In this document: in pieces, positions 1 through 8,558 of the stretch
Position numbering within the stretch: position 1 is the stretch's first letter
Layout: every line of letters starts with the position of its first letter
Source: a virus
Lineage: Duplodnaviria > Heunggongvirae > Uroviricota > Caudoviricetes
Strand: one strand, 5' to 3'
IMG/VR virus record: IMGVR_UViG_3300008111_001458
DNA length: 41,951 nt
Position numbers and translations under genes: made by a program
Notes under the pieces: model-generated
Told to the model about the DNA's origin: nothing
The model's input: the letters and a program-made list of their open reading frames with translations, nothing else
Database searches by the model: none

Positions 1-2
1 AA

Positions 3-905
3 TTGAATAATCTTTGCAATTTAAAATGTCGAATGTGCAACCCTACAGATAGCACTAGTTGGAATGATTGGAAACAGGTTGAGGAATTTTACGACAAAGA
101 AGGAAATTTTATTTCTAAAAATGTAAGAAAACTTAATCTTATAAACAAACCCTACTTGGATAAATTTGAGGATAATCCTAACTGGTGGAATTCTTTTAAA
201 AAATTACTTCCTTACTTTAGACGAGTAGAATTTGCTGGTGGTGAACCACTAATGGATCCACAGCATTATCGCATACTAGATATGCTAGCTCCTTACGGAA
301 ATCAAATAGAAATTAAGTATGCCACTAACCTGAATATTTTAGGTAAAAGCAATCGCACTATTTGGGAATATTGGCCTAAATTTAAAAGTGTAGCTGTAAA
401 TGTTTCTATTGATGGTATTGGTTCAAGTTATGAGTACATTCGTGGAAACGCAAGTTGGTCAGAATTAATTAACAATATTAAACAGATACAGACTATTCCT
501 AATGTCAGTAGAATAGTAGGCGCTGTAGCTGTACAGATTAGTAATGTATTAATACTGGATGAAATGATAGAATACTTTTTAAATGATTTAGGAATCGTAT
601 TCTATACCAATATGGTAAAGTATCCTAAAGTTCTATCTATTCAAACACTTCCTCCAGAACTAAAAACTCAAGCTATAGAAAGATTAGAAAATGTTAAACC
701 TCGGATTGAAAAATTTAAATTAATAAAAGAACATCCAATGCTTTATAATTTAACTATGGGACAAATACAAGGTGTTATCAATTTTCTTAATTCTAAAGAC
801 GAAAGCCATCTGTGGAAAGACTGCGTAGAATTTAATCATAGACTTGATGTCACAAGAGAACAACGATTTGAAGAAGTGACTCCGGAATTTACTGCCTATG
901 TATAA
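3..905 (+). CDS. Radical SAM protein (5'-truncated by window edge)
   Basis: CNLKCRMC CxxxCxxC motif and FAGGEP motif; similar to the 3305..4603 protein. Confidence 0.85.
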   Translation: MNNLCNLKCRMCNPTDSTSWNDWKQVEEFYDKEGNFISKNVRKLNLINKPYLDKFEDNPNWWNSFKKLLPYFRRVEFAGGEPLMDPQHYRILDMLAPYGNQIEIKYATNLNILGKSNRTIWEYWPKFKSVAVNVSIDGIGSSYEYIRGNASWSELINNIKQIQTIPNVSRIVGAVAVQISNVLILDEMIEYFLNDLGIVFYTNMVKYPKVLSIQTLPPELKTQAIERLENVKPRIEKFKLIKEHPMLYNLTMGQIQGVINFLNSKDESHLWKDCVEFNHRLDVTREQRFEEVTPEFTAYV

Positions 906-1815
906 AATAACCTCAGTATGGCCACATCAAGATCAAATCAAGATCGAGTGGAATCTTGGTAAACGCTGTAACTACGATTGCTCATATTGCCCTGCAGAGA
1001 TACATGATAACTTTAGTCCGCATACGGATATAAATTTATTAGAACGAGCCGTAGATAGACTCTGCGAAATAGGTAAACCTTTGCGTATTAGCCTCACGGG
1101 AGGGGAACCCTGTGTGCATCCAGATATAGAAGACTTATTAGAATATTTCAAACGCAAAGATATTTTTTGGGTAAACTTAACTACCAATGGAACTAGAGGA
1201 TATCAATGGTATTTAAATCATGAAATGTTTTATAATCACATCGTGTTCAGTCTGCACTTTGAACAGGAATGGATGAGAATATTTGATAATATAATGAAAT
1301 TTTATGACAGTACTGAGCGTGACTTTCATGTTAATGTAATGGCACACTATAAACACATGCACGGTGTTCGTACAGTGGTTAAAAAGTTTGATGAACTAGG
1401 TATTAGATATGCTGTACGGCGTATCCGTTGGACAGAAGGAGATCACAATGTGTTTGATGATCTTAGATACGAAGGTCAAGATCTTGAGTGGATATTAAAC
1501 AAGAATGCCACAGCTAAACCCAATTGCCGCATAGACGATGAACAGATCATTCATGCCAACGATGTAATCAAACAACATCTAAATCAATTCAAAGGATGGC
1601 AATGTAATGCAGGTCTCGAAAGTCTCATGATCAATTGGGATGGAGAAGTACATCGTGCTACCTGCCGTGTTGGTGGAAGTTTAGGTAATATCTATCAAGA
1701 CACCTTTACTGTACCCAATCAACCTGTTGATTGCACTAGAGACTGGTGTACATGTGCCGCAGACATTCCGCTAACTAAAGAGAATAAAAATGAAACAAAA
1801 AGTTCTAATAATTGA
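898..1815 (+). CDS. Radical SAM protein with C-terminal SPASM/twitch-like Cys cluster
   Basis: CNYDCSYC, LTGGEP, C-terminal CNAG...ATC...CTRDWCTC. Confidence 0.9.
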   Translation: MYKITSVWPHQDQIKIEWNLGKRCNYDCSYCPAEIHDNFSPHTDINLLERAVDRLCEIGKPLRISLTGGEPCVHPDIEDLLEYFKRKDIFWVNLTTNGTRGYQWYLNHEMFYNHIVFSLHFEQEWMRIFDNIMKFYDSTERDFHVNVMAHYKHMHGVRTVVKKFDELGIRYAVRRIRWTEGDHNVFDDLRYEGQDLEWILNKNATAKPNCRIDDEQIIHANDVIKQHLNQFKGWQCNAGLESLMINWDGEVHRATCRVGGSLGNIYQDTFTVPNQPVDCTRDWCTCAADIPLTKENKNETKSSNN

Positions 1816-2476
1816 GCCGCATAGTGATGACAGTTATATAGGTGCCGGTGGATTCTTTTTAAAGAATCGAGATCAGTATGATTTTTACTTTTGTTTAGTT
1901 GCGGCTTCGGATATAGAACTACATCACAAAACTGTAACTAGAGAAGAACGTCTAGCAGAGTATCAACAATTTGTTAAATGGGCTAATGGTACATGGGTAC
2001 GTCCCACAACTGGCGAGTTTCAATTGCCATTAGACTTTGATTCCAAGTTAGATTTGTTTCCTCGTTCTAAACTAGTCAAATTAGTAGAAAATGCCATTAT
2101 GGAAATTACGCCAGATATCATTATGACCATGGGTCCTAGTTTTCACATTGATCACACTACTGTCTATGAAGCAGTGATAGCGGCAACTCGTCCAACGTTT
2201 AACTACTGTCCTAAGACTATGTACATACTGGAAAACCCAACGTATGTGCATAAGTTATATAAAACAGATTATGACACTCCGAATGTATATGTAGAATTAA
2301 CTGAGCAAGTAGTACAAGAAAAAATTGATTCATTTGCTAAAATTTTTAAATCGCAAGTGCGTCCACAAGACAACTACTTGTCTAGTAAAGGCATGCTTGA
2401 TTGGGCAAAATACCGGGGTATCGAAGCACGTTGTGAATACGCAGAAGCATTTTACCAATACTACCATAGGATATAA
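1790..2476 (+). CDS. PIG-L/LmbE family N-acetyl-sugar deacetylase
   Basis: N-terminal IIEPHSDD (HxDD) motif, HIDH motif, typical C-terminal YAEAF. Confidence 0.85.
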   Translation: MKQKVLIIEPHSDDSYIGAGGFFLKNRDQYDFYFCLVAASDIELHHKTVTREERLAEYQQFVKWANGTWVRPTTGEFQLPLDFDSKLDLFPRSKLVKLVENAIMEITPDIIMTMGPSFHIDHTTVYEAVIAATRPTFNYCPKTMYILENPTYVHKLYKTDYDTPNVYVELTEQVVQEKIDSFAKIFKSQVRPQDNYLSSKGMLDWAKYRGIEARCEYAEAFYQYYHRI

Positions 2477-2477
2477 G

Positions 2478-3341
2478 ATGGATTTAGTAACTATTGCGTG
2501 TGAGCAAGATTTTGATGTAATGCGACTACAGGCCGAAAGCATCAGTAAGTTTCTACAGCCATGTACACATTGGGTTACTATTAACGAACGTTTTCCAGAT
2601 AAGCAACGCTGGAAGGACATGTTAGAGCCATACTACACAAAACATAAACTTGTTTTATTATTTCCTAAATGGTACGAATACTTGCATGTCCCTGATGGAT
2701 TTGAGCGCCACCAAGTTTATAAACTTAAAATGGTCAACTATATAAAAGACGAAGAGTTTTTATGTTTAGACCCTAAAGACTTTTTTGTTAAACCTTGCAG
2801 TACGACTGACTGGGCAGGTGTACTAGGTTGCGGTTGGATCGCTTATGATTCTAACTGGGAACCAGTTATTAAACGATTTGCTGAATACTTTAATGTAGAC
2901 CCTGTAAGAGAAAAACAGTTTGCGTCAGAATGTCCGTTTGTATGGCGTACTGAACTAGTTAAAAGTTTAGGTGATATTGAAAAGTTTTGTAGCTGGTATT
3001 TAAAAGGTAAGTGTGGTGAACTAGTATTGTATTCATATCTTGCTAATCATCTAGTTGACGAGTCATTTGTTCCTCGTAAATTTGCTAGAATATTCTGGAG
3101 GGGAGAAACAGTTAACGAAACTGTTTTACAAGATACCTATAATACAGATTACGTTAAAGTTATGGGGTTCCACAGATATGTACGCTATGCCGCAACTGAC
3201 GAACAACTTGCGGCTATTAATGTTTGGCTTAACCAACTAGGATTTAAAACACCTGTTGTAAGATTTAAACCATCTTGGTTTGAACGTTTTAGAAACAGCC
3301 GTTATTACAAAACGCTCAACTCTGGAAATACATCTCGATAA
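2478..3341 (+). CDS. Hypothetical protein, possibly glycosyltransferase-like
   Basis: ATG at 2478 directly after the deacetylase stop; LDPKDFF acidic motif; family not certain. Confidence 0.55.
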   Translation: MDLVTIACEQDFDVMRLQAESISKFLQPCTHWVTINERFPDKQRWKDMLEPYYTKHKLVLLFPKWYEYLHVPDGFERHQVYKLKMVNYIKDEEFLCLDPKDFFVKPCSTTDWAGVLGCGWIAYDSNWEPVIKRFAEYFNVDPVREKQFASECPFVWRTELVKSLGDIEKFCSWYLKGKCGELVLYSYLANHLVDESFVPRKFARIFWRGETVNETVLQDTYNTDYVKVMGFHRYVRYAATDEQLAAINVWLNQLGFKTPVVRFKPSWFERFRNSRYYKTLNSGNTSR

Positions 3342-4603
3342 TTAGTTCCACGCTGTGTATCTGTGGTTTCTAAATAATCTAGTAGTGTAGGAATTTTATC
3401 AGTCCAGTCTGCTGAATTCATGTATTTGATTAATCCCATCCAACGTTGAGCACCATATGGGTCTGTAGCAAAGTCTTTGTAGCCCATATGTTTAGCACAA
3501 AAATATTCAATGCGTTTTGCTACTTGATCTTTAATTTCTTTTGGTAGAACACGTACATTTAAGTAATCGGGCAAGTAGACTAAGTGTGTTCCAATAATGC
3601 CAGCGCCATGCGGTGGCAAATTAATCTTTTTAAAGTTCTTGCTAATCTTCCAATTGGCTAATTCTGGTATGCTTGATACGTTAAGCAACTGTACAGCACA
3701 AGCAATATTAATAATAATGTTATCGGGTGTGTCGTCTAATCTTTCTAAGTTAGTAACAACATTATTCCATTTACTAGGATAACGAATATAATCGTTACGT
3801 TGGCCAAAAGCATCTACACTAAAGTTAAATTTAACCTGCTTAAAATAATTCCACAACTCAAATAACTTCTCTGGCAGTTCCATGCCGTTGCTGTTATAAC
3901 GTAGTACACAGTTCTTAGCATTACCTGTTTCAACCATAAACTCTAATATTTTATAGTGTTCTGGTATAAGCAACGGTTCACCACCTGCAAAGTACAACTC
4001 TTTGATATTGTGTGATTGCGTTCTTAAACTTGATAAGAATTCACCTTTTTGATACCAAGTGTAGTCAAAGTCAATGTTCCATCCTTGATCTTGTTTAAGT
4101 TCTATTGTTTTGTATTTTGGATACTGTGCTTTCCATTCTTTAATCCAACTACTTGAATCGTGTGGACTACACATAATACACTTTAACTGGCACATATTCC
4201 CCAGGCGTAAATCAAAGTAAGGAATGTCTACAGGCAAAGTTCCGTCGGGGGTTGTTCTAGACACAACGGCATCAAGGTTTAATCGTTCTTTCCACACAAC
4301 AGTTTCCCATTGGCGTTTACTAACAATACCGTTGAGTTCTTCTTGATAACATTTGGTACAACTGTATGGTTGTTCTCCATTAAGCATTTGTAGCCGTGTC
4401 TGCTTCATAAAACTGCTGTTCCACACTTGCTCAATTGAGTGTGATTGTAAGTTCATGTTTACGCCATTATCTTTAACAAGGCCTGATTCTTTGTCTGCGG
4501 TACCCGCACCAGATGCGTTAGCAGTGCAACATAAACGGACATCGCCGTTAGGTCTAGTAGCTAAATGGATCCATGGTAATGGACAAAATGTTTTATTGAA
4601 CAA
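3305..4603 (-). CDS. Radical SAM protein with N-terminal twitch/SPASM-like domain
   Basis: CPLPW...LCC...CTKC, then CQLKCIMC and FAGGEP. Confidence 0.9.
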   Translation of the reverse strand: MFNKTFCPLPWIHLATRPNGDVRLCCTANASGAGTADKESGLVKDNGVNMNLQSHSIEQVWNSSFMKQTRLQMLNGEQPYSCTKCYQEELNGIVSKRQWETVVWKERLNLDAVVSRTTPDGTLPVDIPYFDLRLGNMCQLKCIMCSPHDSSSWIKEWKAQYPKYKTIELKQDQGWNIDFDYTWYQKGEFLSSLRTQSHNIKELYFAGGEPLLIPEHYKILEFMVETGNAKNCVLRYNSNGMELPEKLFELWNYFKQVKFNFSVDAFGQRNDYIRYPSKWNNVVTNLERLDDTPDNIIINIACAVQLLNVSSIPELANWKISKNFKKINLPPHGAGIIGTHLVYLPDYLNVRVLPKEIKDQVAKRIEYFCAKHMGYKDFATDPYGAQRWMGLIKYMNSADWTDKIPTLLDYLETTDTQRGTNYRDVFPELSVL

Positions 4604-5648
4604 TTTGGTCTCTTGGTTTTATAAAATCAGTATTTGTGCCACAGGTTCTAGCACAAGTCACTAGTTTATTGATAGACCAAAAATCATCCCATACAGTTTG
4701 ATACGCATGGCTTTCTATGATCTCTTTGATTGATCTTTCAAAAGTATTAACAGATCCTAATTTCTTTACCAATTCATCGTGTTGCTCTCTCATCTTTTGC
4801 CTTACTGCTAACGCCTCATCTGGATTAATATAACTGTACGGAACGCTAGCTAACCAACAACATGGAAAAAGATCTCCATATGCATCAATGTAAACTTCTT
4901 TATCATTTTTAGACTTGCAACTAATGATAGATTTGTCAACTATTTGTTGATAATTATCAATTATCTTTTTATCTATAAATTTTAAAGGTACATCTGATGC
5001 TGGTTCTATAAAATGGGTTATTTTCTTTTGTTTATTCATTACATTTATTTTAGGTTCTAATATGAATCTACTAGAATTTTTAAGAGTAAAATATTTAAAA
5101 CCTAATTGTTGAGATAGTAATCTTGCTTCGTCAACTTGATGTTCATTGTGTTTAAATTTTATAAAAACCCATTCGGCAATACCCCCGGCTTCAATAAATG
5201 TTTTGGCATTTTCTAAAACAGTTTCAAACTTGGTTCCTATTCTGTATAATTGATGAGTATCGAATAGACCATCTAATGCAAACACTACTCTATGATTTTT
5301 TGGTAGGACATTCGCTAAAGTTTTCCACCAATCAACAGATCTAGCACTACCGTTAGTGTGGATTACAATTCCGGTATTTGGCGAATGATTATTGCTATAT
5401 TCACACATTTTTATTAGATCGTTATTAAGAATTGGATCTCCAAAGTTGCCACAAAAATAATAACTACTAAGTTGTTGCAATACTTCTAAAGTTATTACTT
5501 TTTTAAAATCATCAATAGTCCAATTTTTTATTTTGATCAATGGATTGTCTATTCCTCCATTTATATTTCTATTACACATAGGGCAACTAGCTTGACAATT
5601 GTTTGTAATTTCAAGATGAATTTGTTTTAAATTTGAAAAATTAAACAT
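4593..5648 (-). CDS. Radical SAM/SPASM-like protein
   Basis: EITNNCQASCPMC, GNFGDP, C-terminal GDLFPCC...CARTC. Confidence 0.9.
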   Translation of the reverse strand: MFNFSNLKQIHLEITNNCQASCPMCNRNINGGIDNPLIKIKNWTIDDFKKVITLEVLQQLSSYYFCGNFGDPILNNDLIKMCEYSNNHSPNTGIVIHTNGSARSVDWWKTLANVLPKNHRVVFALDGLFDTHQLYRIGTKFETVLENAKTFIEAGGIAEWVFIKFKHNEHQVDEARLLSQQLGFKYFTLKNSSRFILEPKINVMNKQKKITHFIEPASDVPLKFIDKKIIDNYQQIVDKSIISCKSKNDKEVYIDAYGDLFPCCWLASVPYSYINPDEALAVRQKMREQHDELVKKLGSVNTFERSIKEIIESHAYQTVWDDFWSINKLVTCARTCGTNTDFIKPRDQIVQ

Positions 5649-6627
5649 TTTTTTCTTTTGGTATTTTGCTGTCTGCAGAACTTACACAAGTTTCTGTTAT
5701 GCACGAAACAGGATTTCCAAATAAACTAAATCCCTGTTCTAAAGTTCCCAATCTTAAATCTCTGCAACTGTATCCTCTTTTTACTTCATTACCTCGTATA
5801 ATGACACTTTGGTATCCTGAATTACATTTCCAATCTTTAAATTTGTTAAACCCAAATGCATTAAATCTTTCTGCTTGATCAAACAGATATTCTCTGCCTT
5901 CTTGATCGTACAGAGCAATCTGATATAGTTGTTCTCCCTCTACTGTTTGTGGAAATCCTGTTTGCATTAGATTGATCATTTCCTCAGTGTAACCACTTAC
6001 TACAAAACTAGCAGTAGGATCGCTCTGAGGTTTTAAAGTTACATTAATGCCTTTCTTATGAAACCTCTCGCAGCGTTCATATAATTCGTAAAACTTTTCA
6101 GGTACCATTACTTGATTGACAGTAACATAAACATATTCGTTCATTAATTTTAAGCATTTGTTAACGAAATCTGATTCTTTAGCATGTTCTACATGGTAAC
6201 TGGCTGTAACACTCTTTCTCTGCAACATACTAACAGCATTGGCCCAACTTTTCCACCAATTGATGCTCGGGCTGAGATTGGTAGTCATGTGTACACTTTG
6301 GTACGGTGTAGTTGGACCATCGTCAAGATGTTGTATTAATTGCAACAGATCTTTGTAGGCTGTGGGTTCTCCGCCACTGAAACTCCAATGAAAACGATTA
6401 AATCCATTATTACGGGCTTGACTTTTTATTTGATCGATTGTATTCTTGTAAACTTCAATGGTTTGGTGATCGGGTTTGTCACTGTGTGCATAGGGCCAAC
6501 AATAGGAACAACTGTAGTTACAAAATCTTCCTAGGATCCAACTCACAGAAAACAGATTAGTGTCTAACATTGTACGTTGACCAAATCTTACAACTTGCTC
6601 AAAAGGTATTTTTTGAAATTCTGACAT
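5641..6627 (-). CDS. Radical SAM protein with C-terminal Cys cluster
   Basis: CNYSCSYC, FSGGEP, C-terminal CNSG...YSC...CITETC; similar to 898..1815. Confidence 0.9.
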   Translation of the reverse strand: MSEFQKIPFEQVVRFGQRTMLDTNLFSVSWILGRFCNYSCSYCWPYAHSDKPDHQTIEVYKNTIDQIKSQARNNGFNRFHWSFSGGEPTAYKDLLQLIQHLDDGPTTPYQSVHMTTNLSPSINWWKSWANAVSMLQRKSVTASYHVEHAKESDFVNKCLKLMNEYVYVTVNQVMVPEKFYELYERCERFHKKGINVTLKPQSDPTASFVVSGYTEEMINLMQTGFPQTVEGEQLYQIALYDQEGREYLFDQAERFNAFGFNKFKDWKCNSGYQSVIIRGNEVKRGYSCRDLRLGTLEQGFSLFGNPVSCITETCVSSADSKIPKEKNV

Positions 6628-6721
6628 ATATAAATAAAGTTAGAATATTTAGTGAGTTATTTTTTTGCTAGTGAGATTTTAGAATTTGGCGAAATTGCCA
6701 CATTTGAGTGCAAAATTTTTG

Positions 6722-6750
6722 TTGACAGCTAAATAAACATACCATATAAT
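6722..6750 (+). promoter_or_regulatory. Sigma70 consensus promoter heading the tRNA array
   Basis: TTGACA(6722-6727)-17 bp-TATAAT(6745-6750), a perfect consensus. Confidence 0.9.
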
Positions 6751-6794
6751 TATTAAACGCTGCATGGTGCAGCCTAAAAAGGATATAGAAGCAA

Positions 6795-6935
6795 ATGAAA
6801 TTAACGTCATTACATGGACAATTTAGATCGATAGCCAAACAGGCAGGCTTTATGCCCACCTATTGGTCATGCGAGACAATTAGCCTATCTAATGATCGTG
6901 TGCCAGGTAAGGGGTCCGTGAAGATCACGAGTTAA
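6795..6935 (+). CDS. 46-aa leader peptide (putative attenuator leader) MKLTSLHGQFRSIAKQAGFMPTYWSCETISLSNDRVPGKGSVKITS
   Basis: AAGGA at 6779-6783, ATG 6795, TAA 6933-6935; lies between promoter and terminator. Confidence 0.7.
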   Translation: MKLTSLHGQFRSIAKQAGFMPTYWSCETISLSNDRVPGKGSVKITS

Positions 6936-6960
6936 CGAAAAAGTAAACTCAAACTTCAAA

Positions 6961-6996
6961 AGGACCCCAGGATTAAAAACCCTGGGGTTTTTGTTT
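6961..6996 (+). terminator. Intrinsic terminator (attenuator) with competing antiterminator strand at 6911-6917
   Basis: ACCCCAGG(6964-6971)/CCTGGGGT(6981-6988) stem followed by TTTTTGTTT; GGGGTCC(6911-6917) is complementary to GGACCCC(6962-6968). Confidence 0.85.
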
Positions 6997-7010
6997 GTAG
7001 CAAGGATAAA

Positions 7011-7169
7011 ATGAAATTTGATATTGAAGACAGTTATAAAGTAGAGCACAGTGAAGGTTTTGTTTTAACTGAAGACCAGTTTAAAAAACTAATTGAGTCT
7101 AAAGTTGAAAGAAACAAAGCACTTTACTCGCTGGACAAAGTGCGGGAACGTAGGGAAAACCTTTCGTAG
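7011..7169 (+). CDS. Small hypothetical protein (52 aa)
   Basis: AAGGA RBS, MKFDIEDSYK...RENLS, TAG stop. Confidence 0.55.
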   Translation: MKFDIEDSYKVEHSEGFVLTEDQFKKLIESKVERNKALYSLDKVRERRENLS

Positions 7170-7286
7170 AACGCGAAGTGTAATAGGGAACGCGACCCTG
7201 CAGGGCACTATAAACATCTTGCTACTAATGAGGGCGGCCTTGGGGATGAGAAGTCTGTGGCGATAACGCAGATGTGTAAAAACCAA

Positions 7287-7356
7287 GTGTAGTTAAGTAT
7301 TCACCATTCGCCCTACGACGGCGTCTAAAAGCATAGCGGAGAATACTTAACTACAC
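7287..7356 (+). repeat. 16-bp perfect inverted repeat enclosing a 38-nt GC-richer loop
   Basis: GTGTAGTTAAGTATTC(7287-7302)/GAATACTTAACTACAC(7341-7356). Confidence 0.85.
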
Positions 7357-7409
7357 ACTCTCCTAATCATTTCAAAAAAAGGAATGAATGGTTACAATTA
7401 GGAGAGTGT
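7355..7409 (+). repeat. 13-bp perfect inverted repeat directly upstream of tRNA-Tyr
   Basis: ACACTCTCCTAAT(7355-7367)/ATTAGGAGAGTGT(7397-7409). Confidence 0.85.
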
Positions 7410-7419
7410 TATTTGTTAT

Positions 7420-7507
7420 GGATGGGTGTGCCGAATGGTTGAAGGCAACGGACTGTAAATCCGCCACATAAGAAACGCTGTAGGTTCGAATCCTACTCCA
7501 TCCACCA
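7420..7507 (+). tRNA. tRNA-Tyr(GTA)
   Basis: Cloverleaf, ctGTAaa loop, long variable arm, encoded CCA. Confidence 0.95.
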
Positions 7508-7511
7508 CTGT

Positions 7512-7586
7512 GTATCCCTGGTGTTAACGGCAGCATGACGGTCTCCAAAACCGCTGGTGGGGGTTCGAATCCCTCGGGGTATGCCA
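7512..7586 (+). tRNA. tRNA-Trp(CCA)
   Basis: ctCCAaa loop, TTCGAAT T-loop, CCA end. Confidence 0.9.
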
Positions 7587-7640
7587 TTGAAACACGGCCT
7601 TTGTCTCTAGGTCATAGATCTACACAAAGGTTCTTTTTAT

Positions 7641-7715
7641 GCACGGTTCGTCTATCGGTTAGGACACCCGCCTTTCACGCAGGTAAGAGGGGTTCGATTC
7701 CCCTACCGTGTACCA
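7641..7715 (+). tRNA. tRNA-Glu(TTC)
   Basis: ctTTCac loop, CCA end. Confidence 0.95.
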
Positions 7716-7721
7716 TATAAT

Positions 7722-7799
7722 GTGAGGATGGCAGAGAGGCCCAATGCAAGAGTCTGCAAAACTCTAAAACCGTCGGTTCAAATCCGACTCCTCACTCCA
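7722..7799 (+). tRNA. tRNA-Cys(GCA)
   Basis: ctGCAaa loop, U73 discriminator, CCA end. Confidence 0.95.
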
Positions 7800-7828
7800 T
7801 TGACATTTATATTTTTTTTCTATATTAT
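7800..7828 (+). promoter_or_regulatory. Sigma70-type promoter abutting the tRNA-Cys 3' end
   Basis: TTGACA(7800-7805)-17-TATTAT(7823-7828). Confidence 0.65.
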
Positions 7829-7833
7829 AAGGT

Positions 7834-8295
7834 ATGGGACAAAGATTTTTAGAAAGCCTTAAAATTGGTGAAACTTGGGAAACTAAGATGGAAGATTGGA
7901 TGCAAAGACATTTTGCAAAAACCAATTGGACTATTCACGACACTAGGGATATTCATAGAGACAGCGACGACGATCAGATTCCTGATTACGTTTTACACAA
8001 TGTTCAATCAGACAAAGCCTGTTTTATTGATGCTAAAAAAAGAAATGTCTATAATATCCGAGGCGTTAATTATTTTGGATTTGATGAAAAATTTTACACC
8101 AGCTATACAAACATAGCTCGTAAATGTAACACAAAAGTTTATATAGGATTCAATGATCCTATATATGATTCAACTCATGTTTATATTCTTGATGTGGATC
8201 ACCCTCCATCATTAAGACTCTACTTCAATAATGAGTATGGTAAAGGATACGCCTATCGTTGGCGTGTTGAAGATTTAACAAAATACAAAATCTAG
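7834..8295 (+). CDS. Putative PD-(D/E)xK nuclease-fold protein
   Basis: IPDYVL...FIDAKKR motif spacing; inserted between tRNA-Cys and tRNA-Ser. Confidence 0.6.
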   Translation: MGQRFLESLKIGETWETKMEDWMQRHFAKTNWTIHDTRDIHRDSDDDQIPDYVLHNVQSDKACFIDAKKRNVYNIRGVNYFGFDEKFYTSYTNIARKCNTKVYIGFNDPIYDSTHVYILDVDHPPSLRLYFNNEYGKGYAYRWRVEDLTKYKI

Positions 8296-8384
8296 GAAGT
8301 GTGGCAGAGTCCGGTTTATTGCACCTGTCTTGAAAACAGACGATCAGAAATGGTCCGTGAGTTCAAATCTCACCGCTTCCGCCA
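8295..8384 (+). tRNA. tRNA-Ser(TGA)
   Basis: ctTGAaa loop, long variable arm, GCCA end. Confidence 0.95.
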
Positions 8385-8388
8385 ATAA

Positions 8389-8463
8389 GGTCTCAAAGTG
8401 TTTATGGACGCACACAAGCCTGTCACGCTTGAAGAAGGGGATCGTTACCCCTTGGGACCGCCA
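8389..8463 (+). tRNA. tRNA-Asp(GTC)
   Basis: ctGTCac loop, GCCA end; atypical T-loop ATCGTTA. Confidence 0.9.
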
Positions 8464-8529
8464 CAATAAGGAGAACTCAAAATGGGGCGATCGCAGTTAT
8501 TATTATGTTAGTAGTGTTAATATTGTATA

Positions 8530-8558
8530 TTGACAAGAATCTTAAATGAAAGTAAATT
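8530..8558 (+). promoter_or_regulatory. Sigma70-type internal promoter
   Basis: TTGACA(8530-8535)-17-TAAATT(8553-8558). Confidence 0.55.

Noticed and set aside
3-6627. One of the radical SAM genes being queE
   Set aside because: None shows QueE-type features, and most carry SPASM/twitch-like Cys clusters.
7011-7330. Possible TAG recoding (frame stays open about 40 codons past TAG 7167-7169)
   Set aside because: Large genes are intact under code 11, no CUA suppressor tRNA is present, and an open run of that length is plausible by chance in GC-richer sequence.
7598-7638. Hairpin CCTTTGT/ACAAAGG followed by TTCTTTTT before tRNA-Glu
   Set aside because: The large, weak loop makes terminator function doubtful; it may only be a spacer structure.
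8482-8549. Frameshifted small membrane ORF after tRNA-Asp
   Set aside because: Needs a one-base correction to join the ATG with the hydrophobic frame; cannot be supported without reads.
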